64,000 nt of DNA. Origin: Eledone cirrhosa (Eukaryota). Every line of letters starts with the position of its first letter. Positions within the stretch are counted from its first letter, which is position 1. The notes under the pieces were generated by a model. That model had not been told where the DNA came from, searched no databases, and worked only from the letters and a program-made list of their open reading frames with translations. The stretch is taken from positions 402,132,001 through 402,196,000 of the forward strand of contig OZ024740.1 of the NCBI GenBank assembly GCA_964016885.1. The letters are read 5' to 3'. The translations under genes and the position numbers were made by a program. Below are positions 37,251-52,290 of this stretch, one piece after another.

Positions 37251-40200
37251 ATATAATAATAATAATAAATATGATATTATTAAAACAAAAATAACGTAAG
37301 TTAAAACAATATGTAGCAAGGTGTGACAAGACTTTCGGACCACTCTGTACAATTAGTTTTTCAATTGTTCATTAAGTGCATGTTAAGACACAAATCTATC
37401 AAGTCTCAGAATGCTGAAATATAAATGTATATACAAATAAGTACAAACTTATTGTGACACTAATATCGATATACATAAATATATAGTTGTACAGGCTTAC
37501 ACAGCGCACATGAATCCTACATAATTAAATATATGCATGTATTTAAAACATAACATTAACAATAGATGTCTGCTGTATTTTTCCTTTAATGCTATGAGAA
37601 AAAATTGGAGCTTTACGAAAGCTGAGTACAAATTTATATTGTTAATATATAATTTCACATGAATAAGAATTAAAAACAAAAATTAATTTCTTTTAGAAAT
37701 TACTTCTCGCGTCGCATTGAATAGAAACTTTATTTTAGAATACAAAGTTTATTTCTCTATCTCGACGGGAATATCACACTTAGTTTTCACATACATCTCT
37801 ATAATTCCTTTGTGATGAAAATAGCAAAGCATGATTCAACATAATATTCCTGTAAAACATCTCAATTAAATAATGTACACTATTAATATTTCGCTGATAC
37901 TGGAGGTGGTGGAGTTAACTGAAACAAAAGATGTACCGAGCTACATGAGTTATAATATTTAGTCTTTAACACACTGCGACGACATTTCAAACCTCCCCGG
38001 GAATTAATTAAGCTTTGTATTGTAAAACCAGTAATATATAGGATTTATTCGATAAGAGAATACATTTCACGTCAAATTTCAACGTTAGGACTGTTCCTAA
38101 ATAAATATTGTTAGGATTTTAAGAAACATATAGACAAGTGATATGGAAAAGTGTTAGCCTAACAACCTTACAGTTTCTTGAACGTTATTGTTTTTCATTT
38201 CAAATCCTTTGGAGAAGATGACTTAGAATTTCATCACTTCGAGATTTGACGCAAAAATGTTTGAGTGATGTAACTTACTTCACAGATGGGGTTCCCGTTT
38301 CTGTCAATAAAACGCCTTAAAATATCGGTTTGTTTCGTTCTTTCAGCGACGAGTAAATGGGACACCGTGAATAGAATGCCTTATCTAAATAAATTGGTGT
38401 TATAAGTGAAATGAAATTGATTCGCCCGAGAATCAGAACCTGATCCTGGGAACGATTGTCTGGGAGTTTGCATTACAATGCTCAAAAAATAAATTTGCTC
38501 CGATTGATTTAAACAGGAGGTTGAAACCAGATTTCATTGTAGCCATTCATTAGCAATATATAAGCGAAGAGAAGTAGTTTTAATCAACACGATTTTAGTT
38601 GCGTTCTCTAGAAGAAACAAGATAATAGATATTTCTAATTTTGCAGTAAACACATTCTTCTTAAAATGATGTGTGATGAATAAAAGCTAGATATGCTTCT
38701 AGTTGTTTTAAGACCCTCTATATTCACGTTGTCATTAACCACATTGATGGTTATTTGTGCCTTAGAGTAATGATAATAAGCTATGCTCTAGTATACACAG
38801 GTGAGACAAACTGAGAACCAAATAAAATTTAATAGCATAAAACCTTTAAATCGGTGCTATGCCATCATTATGTCTTTGTTTAGCGCAATAACTCAGCATA
38901 TTGTGAAACAGTAAAATAGATTTAAATCAGTATATGATTCGAAAGTGGCTTCCTCGACACTTGTTTACTAAGCAAAATATCTCAGAATATAACTATATAC
39001 GTAACTAAATACTGCAACTATTTCTCTGTAATGACTTCACCTGTTTAATAACTATCTGCCAATAACTCAATAAAGTAATTGATTATAGTACTATAATAGA
39101 ACGTATATTATATAACATCCAAAGTATGAACGATCGCAACTAGATTCAACCCAAATGGGAATTCAACACCTAATGTAAAGATACGTTAAAAATAGTGAAA
39201 ACTGTTTGCCCGTTGCACTTATCAATTGGGAGATTCACCGCTCACTGTTTCCAAAACTGTGAATGGCTTAAAGTGTGTGAGAATGAAATTGATAAAAAAA
39301 AAAAAAGAATATCATCTCGGTGGACATTCGAAACCTTGTATTTGAAATTTGACAGGAATACGGAAGGGAATGTATTGATAGATAATGTGTTGTTAAGTTA
39401 CTTTACGTGATAATATATGTTTTCACATCTTATATTGGAAACCACTGAATGTGTAAGATTATGAAATGAAACTCTGATATTAGGCACGAATGTTAATCTA
39501 ATTAGTAGAAGTATAAAAGTAGTGAATGATATACAGTGTTTCACATGTCAACACTTTTCATTTCACTGAACATTCGATATGCCGTGTGAAAGAATGCCGA
39601 ATATTTCGAAACACTAATGGTTTATATTAATATATGCAATGGATTCGAACATACACGCCTTCGTTATCCGCATACAAAATAAAAATATATATATACGTCC
39701 ACCCGGGTGGAACGTATATATACGCCCTATATATATATATTTCTAATTTCACACACATAAATGCACAGAAATAATTGTTTTCCGCATCTTAAGTGTTTAA
39801 AGCAAGGCAGTTTTTAACAAATGCTATCGGAAATAGATATTTACAGACACAATCATTCTTTTGGGGGAATGGGCGATGGGCTTCACAACCTTTCCGAGGC
39901 CTGATGTTATGTTTTCTGCAACGTATCTACGAACATATTTACTTTTTTATAAGTTTCTGCAAGAAACACAATTTATCTTTTTATTTATGAGTATAGAGGG
40001 TGTGAGCTATCGGTAATGCCCCAGGTTATAGTAAAGCAGTCATGTCTTTCCCAATAAAGGACAGAGATGGATTTGCCACTGTCCTCTGATTTATATGAGT
40101 TCACGAGTTGGCTATGTGGTTCATTGAAGTCGTAAGCAGTAAATTCCGTACTGTTCCACTGGGTGCCGTTTGAAAAAGTGTGTGTAATTCTAAATATTAT

Positions 40201-40812
40201 GGCCATAGAATAACAAAACTTATTCCGCAAGATTGCATTTTTGAGATTAGATTTGATTTCGAAATTTCTGGATGGGAACTGTTGTGTGCGTGTGTGTATA
40301 TTTTCGTTTCTAACGAGAAGCGTCTTTATATAGGCAAATATATATAACCTTAATATTAATGTATATTGAAGAGTTTGTGGTATTTGTATGTTGCTGAAAA
40401 GGTGTACTTTACAAGGAATAGAAAGATACTAGCAATATTTGTAATTACATCTAAAATATTAAGTGAATTGAACTAAATAACCTTAAGGTTGCGAACCGAA
40501 GGTGGTGGTAGGGGTTTCCTGTATAGAGAGAATTCCCACTGAAGACCGGCATAAATTATATCGCCTTCACAAGCTAATAACACCTCACCGTGTTTTATAC
40601 AGCAGTCTATACAATTTTCATAAACTGATTCGACTAGTCCAATGAAAACTTATCTTACAAGCCTTCTCAGGTGAACTCAGGCGAGGTTTCCTCATCGCCT
40701 CTGTCGCGATCATGACACCTTAGGTTATGGAAGTACAATTTAACCACAACAACTCTAAGTGAATACATAGTTCAATGTATTTCACATAGTGAGTCTCCAT
40801 ATTTTATTTGTA

Positions 40813-41004
40813 ATAATTGTTTCTACTTTTGGCACAGGGCCAGCAATTACCCAGTGCATTACTGGTACTTTATTTTATCGACCCCGTAAGGATGAAAGGC
40901 AAAGTTAAACACGGCGAGAATTGAACTCAGAATGGAAAGGGCCGTAACTCTATGCGTCAAATCATGGCGTCCGACACTCTACCGATACTGCTAATCCACC
41001 GCCC
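40813..41004 (-). mobile_element. Full-length tRNA-derived SINE
   Basis: Reverse complement of 37055-37250. Confidence 0.9.
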
Positions 41005-41818
41005 TATTTTATTTGTAATAATTATTTCAAATTACGATACACACACACATGCATATATTTACACATCTCTCTTTTCTCTCTCCATCTCTCTCACTCGCTC
41101 CCTCTCTCTCTCTCTGTGCATATGTAAACCTGAATCAGGCAATTTAGAGTTCGATTATATCATTAACCACACAAAATATGAACACGTGAATTAGACGTAT
41201 GTAATTAATGTTATGCACATTTTTGACATTAATTTCAAGATAACGCTCTATCAATAAATATATTAATAAATGAATATTGTTTCTTGGCTGTTCATATTCC
41301 TATCTGGGTTGAGAAATTAATACTTTTAAGAGAAATTTAACGAGTTACTGTTTGGGAGAATTTTCGAATCGTTTCATTTCTTTTGTTTTATTAAGTAGAT
41401 AGTTTACATTTGGTCTTCTTTTCCCACCGAGAGGAGACAGTGAGGAAGAGAAAGACTGGAATAAGTGAGAAAGAGAGACATATGTGCTAGCGACAAATAT
41501 AAGAAGGAAACAAGTAAGACAATGTGATGAAATCAGAAGTGATTATAATTCGCTGTGTATTTAATTATAGTGAAAGTTAATAGTCCAAAAACTAGTTACA
41601 ATAAAAATATCTACAAATTATCTTGCATAACCAGAGAATAAATTAACTTTAAACACATACGTTTTATTCATTTATGAATGAATCAAATATCAGGAAAAAG
41701 GAATATCAGAAAATATAGATCGATATATTGATATATAGACAGACAGGCAAATAGACACACACGCATACATACACACACATATATAGATGTGTGTATGTTT
41801 ATGTATGTATATCTATAT

Positions 41819-42426
<608 letters not shown>

Positions 42427-44430
42427 CGTATGTATGTATGTATGTATGTATATAATACATACATATATATATACATATATGTATTGACGATAGATTGATA
42501 AAGATAAATAATGCATATTTAGATATATCTACAAAGACACAGATAGTTAGATACATAAGAATACCCGTATGTACTTTTTGCAATAAAGCATTATTCCATG
42601 CTGCAGTGCACGTGTGTATTTACAACTAATCACTTTGAAATAATATTTATTCATCGTGTCGAAATATGGAATCGAATAGAGTTAATGGAAACAAAATCGA
42701 CATTTTGATTGACGTTTGATGAGGGTTGTTTAACAGAAAATGTAGTTCCGGATTATTCCACCAGATGATGTTAGCGTAGCATTTGAATTCGAAAAGAAAT
42801 TGTGAATGTTAGAGTTTCACTTTCTTACAAAACTGAAATGTCACATTTTTCTGCTACCTGTTTTGGAGCATGTGAATACGTTATCTGCGTAAGTGTCTTT
42901 GCCACAAAGAAATGCATTTTGGTTACCGGATATGAATTATGGTCCCGTCACACCAACAGCCGAACCATATAGGGTAATCAAGTTTCGAATCTGTCATTAA
43001 ATGATGTGTAATTAACGAAACATACAAATTAAAATTATTTGAAGATGGATGCAATGATTTATTTGAGTCTGGATGACTCTTTGTCATCGATTTGATAAAC
43101 ATGCTGAAGGAGGCGAATTGGTATAATCGTTAGAGCATCGAATGAAATGTGGTGCGGTATTTTAACTGATTCTTTACATTCTCAGTTGTCAACTTTCACT
43201 TTCGTGCTTCTAAGGTCACTGGAATATAGTATCGGTTGAGGGCGGTGGATTGGTTGAATTGTTAGACCGTTGAATAAAACTGATTTACGGTATTCATTTG
43301 TTATTCACGTCTGTGTGCCAAGGTTGGTTTGGCATTTTTTGTTTTGTACCTAATTGATAATATGAAGGTAACGGGAGACGGCATTTCAAGCTCTGTGTTT
43401 ACAGAGCACACTTCGAAACGGATGTTGAAACCTAGTCCCACTATATTTTCAGTTTTCTTTCTGCTGATTAGAGTTGTCATGCGTTCTATTCATGTTCATC
43501 TAATATAGAAAGATTTCGCTCATTACATACAATTAATTTGACAAAGACAATTAGTTTGTATTAATTAACACAGTACGCGGTGTATTGTAATACTATGCAT
43601 CACACAACATTAAAATGAAAATAAACAACAAGAAACAAATGTGACCATTGCTTGAAAACAAAAGAGCAACATAATTTAGCAAATTATTTGTATATTTCTC
43701 CATAATGAATTTGAATTCTTTTTAGCAATGAGCAATTTTCTCTTGAATTTAAATGAATGTTTGTTGTATGATAATGCAGCACCCTTTTCCTCTTCTTTAT
43801 ATATTAAATCTCGTGAATTTGGAGTGGGCGAAAGAAAGCGGTTTGACTGACTCTTTAGAACATTAGATAAATGCCTTGCATAATTTACAGCTGACTGTTA
43901 ACCCTCTGATATCAGATTCCTTGGAGGTCAGCTTGGCATTTCATCCTATCAGGAATAAAATTAAGTAGCAAAACAGTATTCCTTAGATATCTTCAAGAAA
44001 GTGACTATGTATGTAACTTTTGTCGGTGCTGCTTGCGCTATAAGAGCAAATGGGTGTTTAAGCCACAACGCTGGCACAATATTTCCGTGAGGTACAGTGG
44101 TCGTAGGAATTATTAACTTTAAAAGACATAATAACAGAACAATGCCGTGAAATTCCTATAATTAACGGGATACGGTGGCTCATTCATAATCGGCATGATG
44201 CATGACACATTCAGGTCGAGGTAAAAGGTATTGAAAAGGCTAGATATTATATTATATATATACATATATATATAACGTTGAAAGAGATGGAAGGCTAAAC
44301 AAGGCAAAATGGATTGTAAGTTGAGGTAACGAAAAGTAAGTTACCTGGTAATCTTTGTTTTGTTTTTGTTGTTCGCTTTTCTGTCCACTATTCGGGACCT
44401 AAAAGTCCCGAAGCAAACTACAAAACATTT

Positions 44431-44555
<125 letters not shown>

Positions 44556-44754
44556 TATATGTGTGTGTGTAACGATGATGTAGAATGACTTTAGCATCAA
44601 ATTATGTTTGAGAGGAATGTATTATCATGCCACCTATGGAGTGAAAAGAAACCAGGTAGTAATGAAATATACAATTGCCTCGTGGCTGGGTTGACACAAA
44701 AATATAAAGAAAATGAAAAAACTGATTATATGAAATAATTGTTTCTACTTTAAA

Positions 44755-44936
44755 TAAATGTTTCTACTTTTGGCACAAGGCCAGCAATAACCCAATGCAT
44801 TACTGGTACTTTACTTTATCGACCCCGTAAAGATGAAAGGCAAAGTTAACCTCGGCGGGATTTGAACTCAGTTTGTCAAGGGCCGTAACTCTATACGTCA
44901 AAGCATGGCGTCCAACCCTCTACCGATACTGCCAAT
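44755..44936 (-). mobile_element. tRNA-derived SINE
   Basis: Same family as 37055. Confidence 0.88.
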
Positions 44937-46337
44937 ATGAAATAATGGAAAGCTGAATTTATCTAAGGAACAACCGGAAAAAAAGCAAGAAGATGGTTAG
45001 TTACTAGTTTTGCACGTTTTACTCTTTCACTTGCACTCTTACTATTTCATTGCATATATACAGTAATTTCCTAAGTTTTGTTATACATATATCGAAAGAA
45101 GTACGTGTACAATTTCTCTCATCCAGTCCTCTTACTCCCTTTTTCTCTTCTTTGTGGTTATTTCATACCATAATCAACATTTATTTTCTATTAGTCTTTC
45201 ACATATTCTTCTTCTGAACTTCAATTTATATAATATTTGATTCTTTTTTTTTTTCTAAATGGCTTTTCAGTGATAAAAAGAAAGAAAAGAAACATTTGCC
45301 AACAAGAGCTATCTTATTTCAAGTACTTCATGAGAATTTTAATCTAATCTCTCCTATTAATCTTTGAACAAATATGAAAAGAAATAGCATTATTTGAGAA
45401 GAAAATATATAAATGAGTGAACAAGTCGCTGTGTCAATAGTTTTTTTTCTATGACGAAGCAGTTCCCCACGTTCCAGTATTGTTAAATTCACAATCAAAC
45501 TGGTTTTGTAGGTTTTGTTCTCCTTAAAAAACGCTGAACAAAAAAGTCATTTTTGGAAACATGCTATGAGGTTAATTCGTTAACTTTTCTTCTGTTTGAC
45601 TACAATGAATACGAATCGTATCGAAAGATGTTATAAATAATTCCATGCCCTACCTCTATTGTTCGGTCAGCAAGTTCTCATTTAGTACACAAACAACGAG
45701 CGTGGTGAGAGTAAAATTCCGGAATAATTTTCCAGTTCAGCCTTGTAAGAATGTGTTGGTTTACATAAAAGAAGAAAACCGTCAAATGTTCGTTTTTTAA
45801 AAACAAAAATAGTATAATATAATAAAAGAAAAGAAAGATTCATTATTTCCATATCAAAATTTAAGTGCCAAACTTTGAACAGATTTTATGATGTGAAAAC
45901 AACACAAAATGCTGAGCGTTTGTTATGCTATTTCTGAACAGTCATGACAATTATACTCGCTGAACTCTCCCACTCTCCCACATTATTAGTTATGAGGACA
46001 AACTTAAGACAACACGTATAGACTGATGAAAAGCGGCATGAAGATGTCATCAGCGAAAATTATTTAACAAACCAATTGATGTTCGCACATGAAAAGCCAG
46101 CTTGATTCACATATTGCACTAAATCTACTTAGCTTTTAATGAGTGTTATTCATTTGTCTCCTACTCTTTTTTTGCAGGTTGTTTTCGTTAAATCCTATAT
46201 TATACCGAGAGAGATCTCTGAACAGTGTACTTAAATGAATATATTCATAAGTATATTACAATGTGAATCTGATTGAGAGCTCAATCTCTCACTCAAAATG
46301 CTAGAAATAGCAGCATAAAAGTTTACAAAAAATGAAT

Positions 46338-46442
46338 ACCCACAGCTAGAGCTTCCAAGGCGAGCGGGGCTTTGCCCAGCGAAGACGAAGGGAGCTCTAG
46401 CCACAGACCCACAGCTGGAGCTTCCAAGGCGAGCGGGGCTTT
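46338..46442. repeat. GC-rich 35-bp direct repeat x2
   Basis: acccacagctRgagcttccaaggcgagcggggcttt at ~46338 and ~46407. Confidence 0.8.
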
Positions 46443-46833
46443 CGCTTCTACTCCTACATTCTGCCTTCTTTTAGTTTGCAAAAGTAGAAAGAAAAAAAAA
46501 CTTCTTGGTGGCGTTAGGAGATTAAAATTAGCAATTATGCACTTGCATAACCAACTGCTGTACCACTAAACCACCGATATTGCTCGACATTCAAAGCATT
46601 TTCTAAAGTTATATCGTAAATATTAACATTTTGAATCTCTATGGTCTTATCTACTTTACAGTTACGTATGGATTTAGTGAAGTATTTTACATCGTTGGAT
46701 AACGGGTTCGATTATTCTATCAATGATTAAAGACTAAAATTTACTTTTAATTATTTAATCATTTTCATTTATATCTGTACAAATAACTAATTCTCTCTCT
46801 CTTTCTTTCTCTCTTTATATCTTTCTCTCTCTG

Positions 46834-46873
<40 letters not shown>

Positions 46874-46900
46874 AAGAAAGACAGAGAGAGAGAGAGAGAG

Positions 46901-46949
<49 letters not shown>

Positions 46950-47021
46950 CAGAGAGAAAGACAGACTAACATGCCTACACAGATATTCATAGATACGTTC
47001 GAGCGTGTTGTACAAATATAG

Positions 47022-47932
47022 CCGAATATACAAATATCTTACCGTATATATAAATATTCTTACCGAATATACAAATATCTTACCGTATATATAAATATTC
47101 TTACCGAATATACAAATATCTTACCGAATATATAAATATTCTTACCGAATATACAAATATCTTACCGTATATATAAATATTCTTACCGAATATACAAATA
47201 TCTTACCGTATATATAAATATTCTTACCGAATATACAAATATCTTACCGTATATATAAATATTCTTACCGAATATACAAATATCTTACCGTATATATAAA
47301 TATTCTTACCGAATATACAAATATCTTACCGAATATATAAATATTCTTACCGAATATACAAATATCTTACCGTATATATAAATATTCTTACCGAATATAC
47401 AAATATCTTACCGTATATATAAATATTCTTACCGAATATACAAATATCTTACCGAATATATAACTATTTTTACCGAATATACAAATATCTTACCGAATAT
47501 ATAAATATCTAACCGAATATACAAATATCTTACCGAATATATAAATATTCTTACAGAATATACAAATATCTTACCGAATATATAAATATCTTACCGAATA
47601 TACAAATAACTTACCGAATATATAAATATCTTACCGAATATACAAATATCTTACCGAATATACAAATATTTTTACCAAATATACAAATATCTTATCGTAT
47701 ATATAAATATTTTTACCAAATATACTAATATCTTATCGTATATTTTTACCGAATATACAAATATCTTACCGTATATATAAATATTCTTAACGAAAATACA
47801 AATAACTTACCGTATATATAAATATTCTTACCGAATATATAAATATCTAACCGTATATATAAATATTCTTACCGAATATACAAATATCTTACCGTATATA
47901 TAAATATTCTTACCGAATATACAAATGTCTTA
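47022..47932. repeat. Minisatellite: alternating 20/21-bp monomers forming a 41-bp higher-order unit
   Basis: ttaccgaatatacaaatatc + ttaccgtatatataaatattc repeated ~22 times. Confidence 0.95.
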
Positions 47933-48010
47933 CTTTGCAACTGGAAGTCAGTTTACTTGAAAACCTCTCAATATCACTTTTAATAACTAGAAGAAAACGA
48001 TATATATATA

Positions 48011-49108
48011 TATAAAGAATTAGTATATCTAGTAACATATATATACACAGATGCATACTTATGCTAGCAAATATATAGGTTTTGTCTTAGTAACTTTGTG
48101 GTTCAATGCATGGGGTTGCAGAATAATAATATGAGAGACGTAAAATAAGAAAATTATAAAATTAACTTACTTACTAAAATTTCACTCCCAACTAATTAGT
48201 TTCTGAAAGGGAATAAACATACTTTCCGAAGAAGAGTACAGAGAAGCCTTTCGTAATCAGGGAAGTCTATTCTCAGCTAAGTTTCCAGGCAATATGTGGA
48301 CACAGGGAACTTATACAAAAATAATTCAGTGGATGGAAAAAGCAAAGCGTGGACTAAATTCCAAGCCATTGAGAAAATCACTGCCTACTGCGTCGGTGGC
48401 AAATTCAAAAGAATTAATCACGTGACATCGAGGTCAATCAGTGGAGAGTGGTTTGTTAAGAAGACAACAGCCGGACTGTTACTATAGCAGCAGTTTTTGG
48501 CCAATTTTTGCTCGATAAATAATTTGGAGATAATTATAAAGAATTAGTATATCTAGTAACATATATACAATTTTCTTATTTTACGTCTCTCATATTATTG
48601 TTCTGCAACCCCATGCATTGAACCACAAAGTTACTAAGACAAAACCTATATATTTGCTAGCATAAGTATGCATCTGTGTATATATATGTTACTAGATATA
48701 CTAATTCTTTATAATTATCTCCAAATTATTTGTCGAGCAAAAATTGGCCAAAACTGCTGCTATAGTAACAGTCCGGCTGTTGTCTTCTTAACAAACCACT
48801 CTCCATTGATTGACCTCGATGTCACGTGATTAATTCTTTTGAATTTGCCACCGACGCAGTAGGCAGTGATTTTCTCAATGGCTTGGAATTTAGTCCACAC
48901 TTTGCTTTTTCCATCCACTGAATTATTTTTGTATAAGTTCCCTGTGTCCACGTATTGCCTGGAAACTTAGCTGAGAATAGACTTCCCTGATGACGAAAGG
49001 CTTCTCTGTACTCTTCTTCGGAAAGTATGTTTATTCCCTTTCAGAAACTAATTAGTTGGGAGTGAAATTTTAGTAAGTAAGTTAATTTTATAATTTCCTT
49101 ATTTTACG

Positions 49109-49117
<9 letters not shown>
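48011..49117. mobile_element. Inverted, circularly permuted dimer of a ~524-bp hammerhead-containing non-coding element (retrozyme-like)
   Basis: Left arm 48011-48568 (redundancy at 48011/48535); right arm 48569-49117 (redundancy at 48569/49092); arms near-identical in reverse complement but in different phase. Confidence 0.92.
48981..49063 (+). ncRNA. Type-I hammerhead ribozyme with extended stem II and palindromic stem III
   Basis: ACUUCC-CUGAUGA-C-GAAAGG...CCUUUC-A-GAAAC-UAAUUA-GUU^-GGGAGU; the minus-strand twin at 48184-48266 has a CUGAUUA core mutation. Confidence 0.8.
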
Positions 49118-49177
<60 letters not shown>

Positions 49178-49327
49178 TATCTCTCCCGCCAGTACATATC
49201 TTATTAGATCCACCAATTCAAATTTTGCTCAGGACTACCTATCATCCTTCTAAGGGTTGACAAATTAAACTATCATTTTTTTTTAAAAATCATATTCTAA
49301 GCATTCATCTCTTTATATATATCTATA

Positions 49328-49641
49328 TAATTGTTTCTACATTTGGCACTAGGCCAGTAATTACTCTCAGTGCATTACTGATACTTTATTTTATCGACAC
49401 GGTAAGGATGAAAGGCAAAGTTAACCTTGGCGAGATTTGAACTCAGAATGAAAAGGGTCGTAACTCTATGTTGTAAAGAATGGTGTCTGACGCTCTACCG
49501 ATATTACCAATTCACCACCTTCTTATATATATATAATTGTTTCTACTTTTGGCACAAGGCCAGCAATTATCCCAGTGTATTGTTGGTACTTTATTTTATC
49601 GACCCCGTAAGGAAGAAAGGCAAAGCTAACCTCGGCGGGAT
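49328..49641 (-). mobile_element. Two tandem SINE copies
   Basis: ataattgtttctac tail and body at 49328 and 49533. Confidence 0.85.
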
Positions 49642-50227
49642 TATCCTTCCATAGTCGTTTATTCTATCATTTTTCAGACACTACTTTTAATATCATTTAT
49701 TTTAATATTTTCCACTACAAACATACACACAACTAATGATATATATATATATATACCAAAATCTGAGGTTTTTCTAAGTGTGAATTCCACACGTGCTTTT
49801 TCGAGACTCTGTGTCACTCACAAAGTTGGTACAGAGCAAAATACCTGTTGATAACGTGATATTCCTTGTTCGACCATTATACCTAAAGCTTATAATTTTA
49901 AGCAGACATTATTTTGATATAGGTGTCATAGAAACCCCGCATTTGGAATTTAACATCAATTATAAGGGGTCTAGGTCTGTGTTTTCTTTATCATTTATTT
50001 TATTTTGTTTTTGACCTGTTTAGCTTGATTTGCTTTTTGGTTTAGGTGGTTGACGCTTTCTTGACCACTATTTCAGTTTTGTATGGCTTCTTAACATATT
50101 GTTTAGCTCTAGTTTTTTAATTATCGAGCGCTTGCCAGTATCATATCTGATTTTTGCGTTTCGTTTCGCCTTCTCTACCCGCCGAAATGCGATTCTCGCT
50201 GAATCTATATTTATATATATATATATC

Positions 50228-50345
50228 ACCGTTCAAATGGCGTAAGCTCAACCGTTGGGCACCAGCTTTTCTCTATACTTACACTCTACATTCTTAAGTA
50301 TTAAGTACATAGCTGAATATGATCTTACTAGACTAAACCGGTAAG
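50228..50345 (+). mobile_element. Diverged copy of the 51.1 kb family
   Basis: ccgttcaaatggcgtaagctcaaccgttggg...actctac...taagtattaagtac. Confidence 0.55.
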
Positions 50346-50444
50346 ACACGATCTCTCTCTCTCTCTCACTCTATCTCTCTCTCTATTTCTCTCTCTCCCT
50401 TTTCTTCTCTTTATACACACACACTCACACACACACACACACAC

Positions 50445-50478
<34 letters not shown>

Positions 50479-50934
50479 TGAATTAGCGCTTTTGTAAGGC
50501 GGTTATGAAGTATTTACGAAACAGTGAAGCGTGTTAAGTTGTTTTGAGTAGTATGATTTTTCTGCTTCCTCTTTAAACAAAGGACACACGCTCTCAGTTT
50601 TTGGCATACAAGTCATATCATTTTTATACCTTTCTCTGCACATACGTATCTTTCTAGCACTATATGTTTTGAGGTGTTGTCATATTATTATTGAGAAACT
50701 GAATTCATCCTCATTCACAATGCTGCCTGTTTTCCTTCATTCGATCCGCTGTCACCGTTCTGTTGTCTATATGTCATTAACCTTAACTAAACGTACATAG
50801 ACACAAATATGCATAAAGATAGGCCCGGATACACAAATTTACTCATTCATACGATGATAAACAAAAACGAAGTAGCTCTCTATATCTCGTACACTCTCGC
50901 TATATATACGCATATTTATAGATACACACACACC

Positions 50935-50965
<31 letters not shown>

Positions 50966-50995
50966 CGAGCCCTCTTCACATTTATTATTATTACT

Positions 50996-51081
<86 letters not shown>

Positions 51082-51082
<1 letters not shown>

Positions 51083-51293
51083 CGAAGGAATTGTGGTAAG
51101 GAACCAGATGGACCATAACGCACCAGAGTACTCAATACTTAGGGTAGTAGACTGGGTAATAGGAAAAAGTAAGACCCCCGACGGCAGAGCTCTAGCCGTT
51201 TCGACGGATATTTCTGGACTAAATTAGTATTCTAATTTAGTCTAGAAATAGCCGTTCAAACGGCTTGAGCTCTGCCGTCGGGGTCATAATTTC

Positions 51294-51297
<4 letters not shown>
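51082..51297. mobile_element. Fold-back element in (TA)n carrying a hammerhead 3' half (GAAAC-stem III-GUC)
   Basis: Inverted arms ~51172-51228 / ~51232-51286; GAAAC-GGC-uagagcucu-GCC-GUC-GGGG on the minus strand. Confidence 0.75.
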
Positions 51298-51334
<37 letters not shown>

Positions 51335-51770
51335 GAGGCACGAAGAGAGTCATTATATTGTTGATCGGGCTACTAGAAATAGCAGACAGATGTATTTATA
51401 GATATGCGAGGCCCATGACAGACGAGGTTTTGTGGGCTAGAATACTTTTCTTCAGTTTGATTCGTTCGATCTAACCCGATTCATAACAACGTTATCAAGA
51501 ACCAAATACCTATGCATACACATAACATGGCATGTGTGACCATTGCTTTTTAGTCCCAAGTAATAGCTGATTGAGAAAATATTTATTTTCTAATTAATTC
51601 CTGGCGTAACACGACCATTTCAGACAATGAACTATATGATCAAATGTATATTTTCTGAACTTAAGACACTTGAAAGAAAAAAGCGGTTCTGGAAAACACT
51701 CTCTGCAGTCTCTAGCATGTCACATGTCTACGTAGAAGCTCACTTGTTAGTTCGTGTATATACATAATAT

Positions 51771-51863
<93 letters not shown>

Positions 51864-52102
51864 TTGGTGGTCACCGATCTGTCCAGCTCGTTTGTCTACC
51901 AGCATATCATGAAAAAGATATACATCTATGTATTTTGGCTGAAGAGGACATGTTTTGCTTTATGTTATACATTAAACTTTACTTCTTCGAAATATATATA
52001 ATAAAATAGATAGAGATGATATAAAGTATATATCTTTCGTTTATTATTATTATGTATATATATATATATATATATATACTGTACACACACATATATATAT
52101 AT

Positions 52103-52290
52103 AATTGTTTCTACTTTAGGCACAAAGCCAGCAATTACCCAGTACATTACTGGTACTTTATTTTATCGACCCCGTAAGGATGAAAAGCAAAGTTAACCTC
52201 GGCGGGATTTGAACTCAGACTGTAAAGGGATGTAACTATGCTAGAAAGCATGGCGTCCAACCCTCTAGCGATACTGCCAATTCACAGCCC
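52103..52290 (-). mobile_element. tRNA-derived SINE
   Basis: Same family as 37055. Confidence 0.88.

Noticed and set aside
47022-47932. CRISPR-like regular repeat
   Set aside because: No unique spacers; pure tandem minisatellite in a eukaryotic context.
48296-48951. Mirror-image 63-aa ORFs
   Set aside because: GTG starts, no recognisable motifs; a by-product of the palindrome, antisense to the ribozyme strand.
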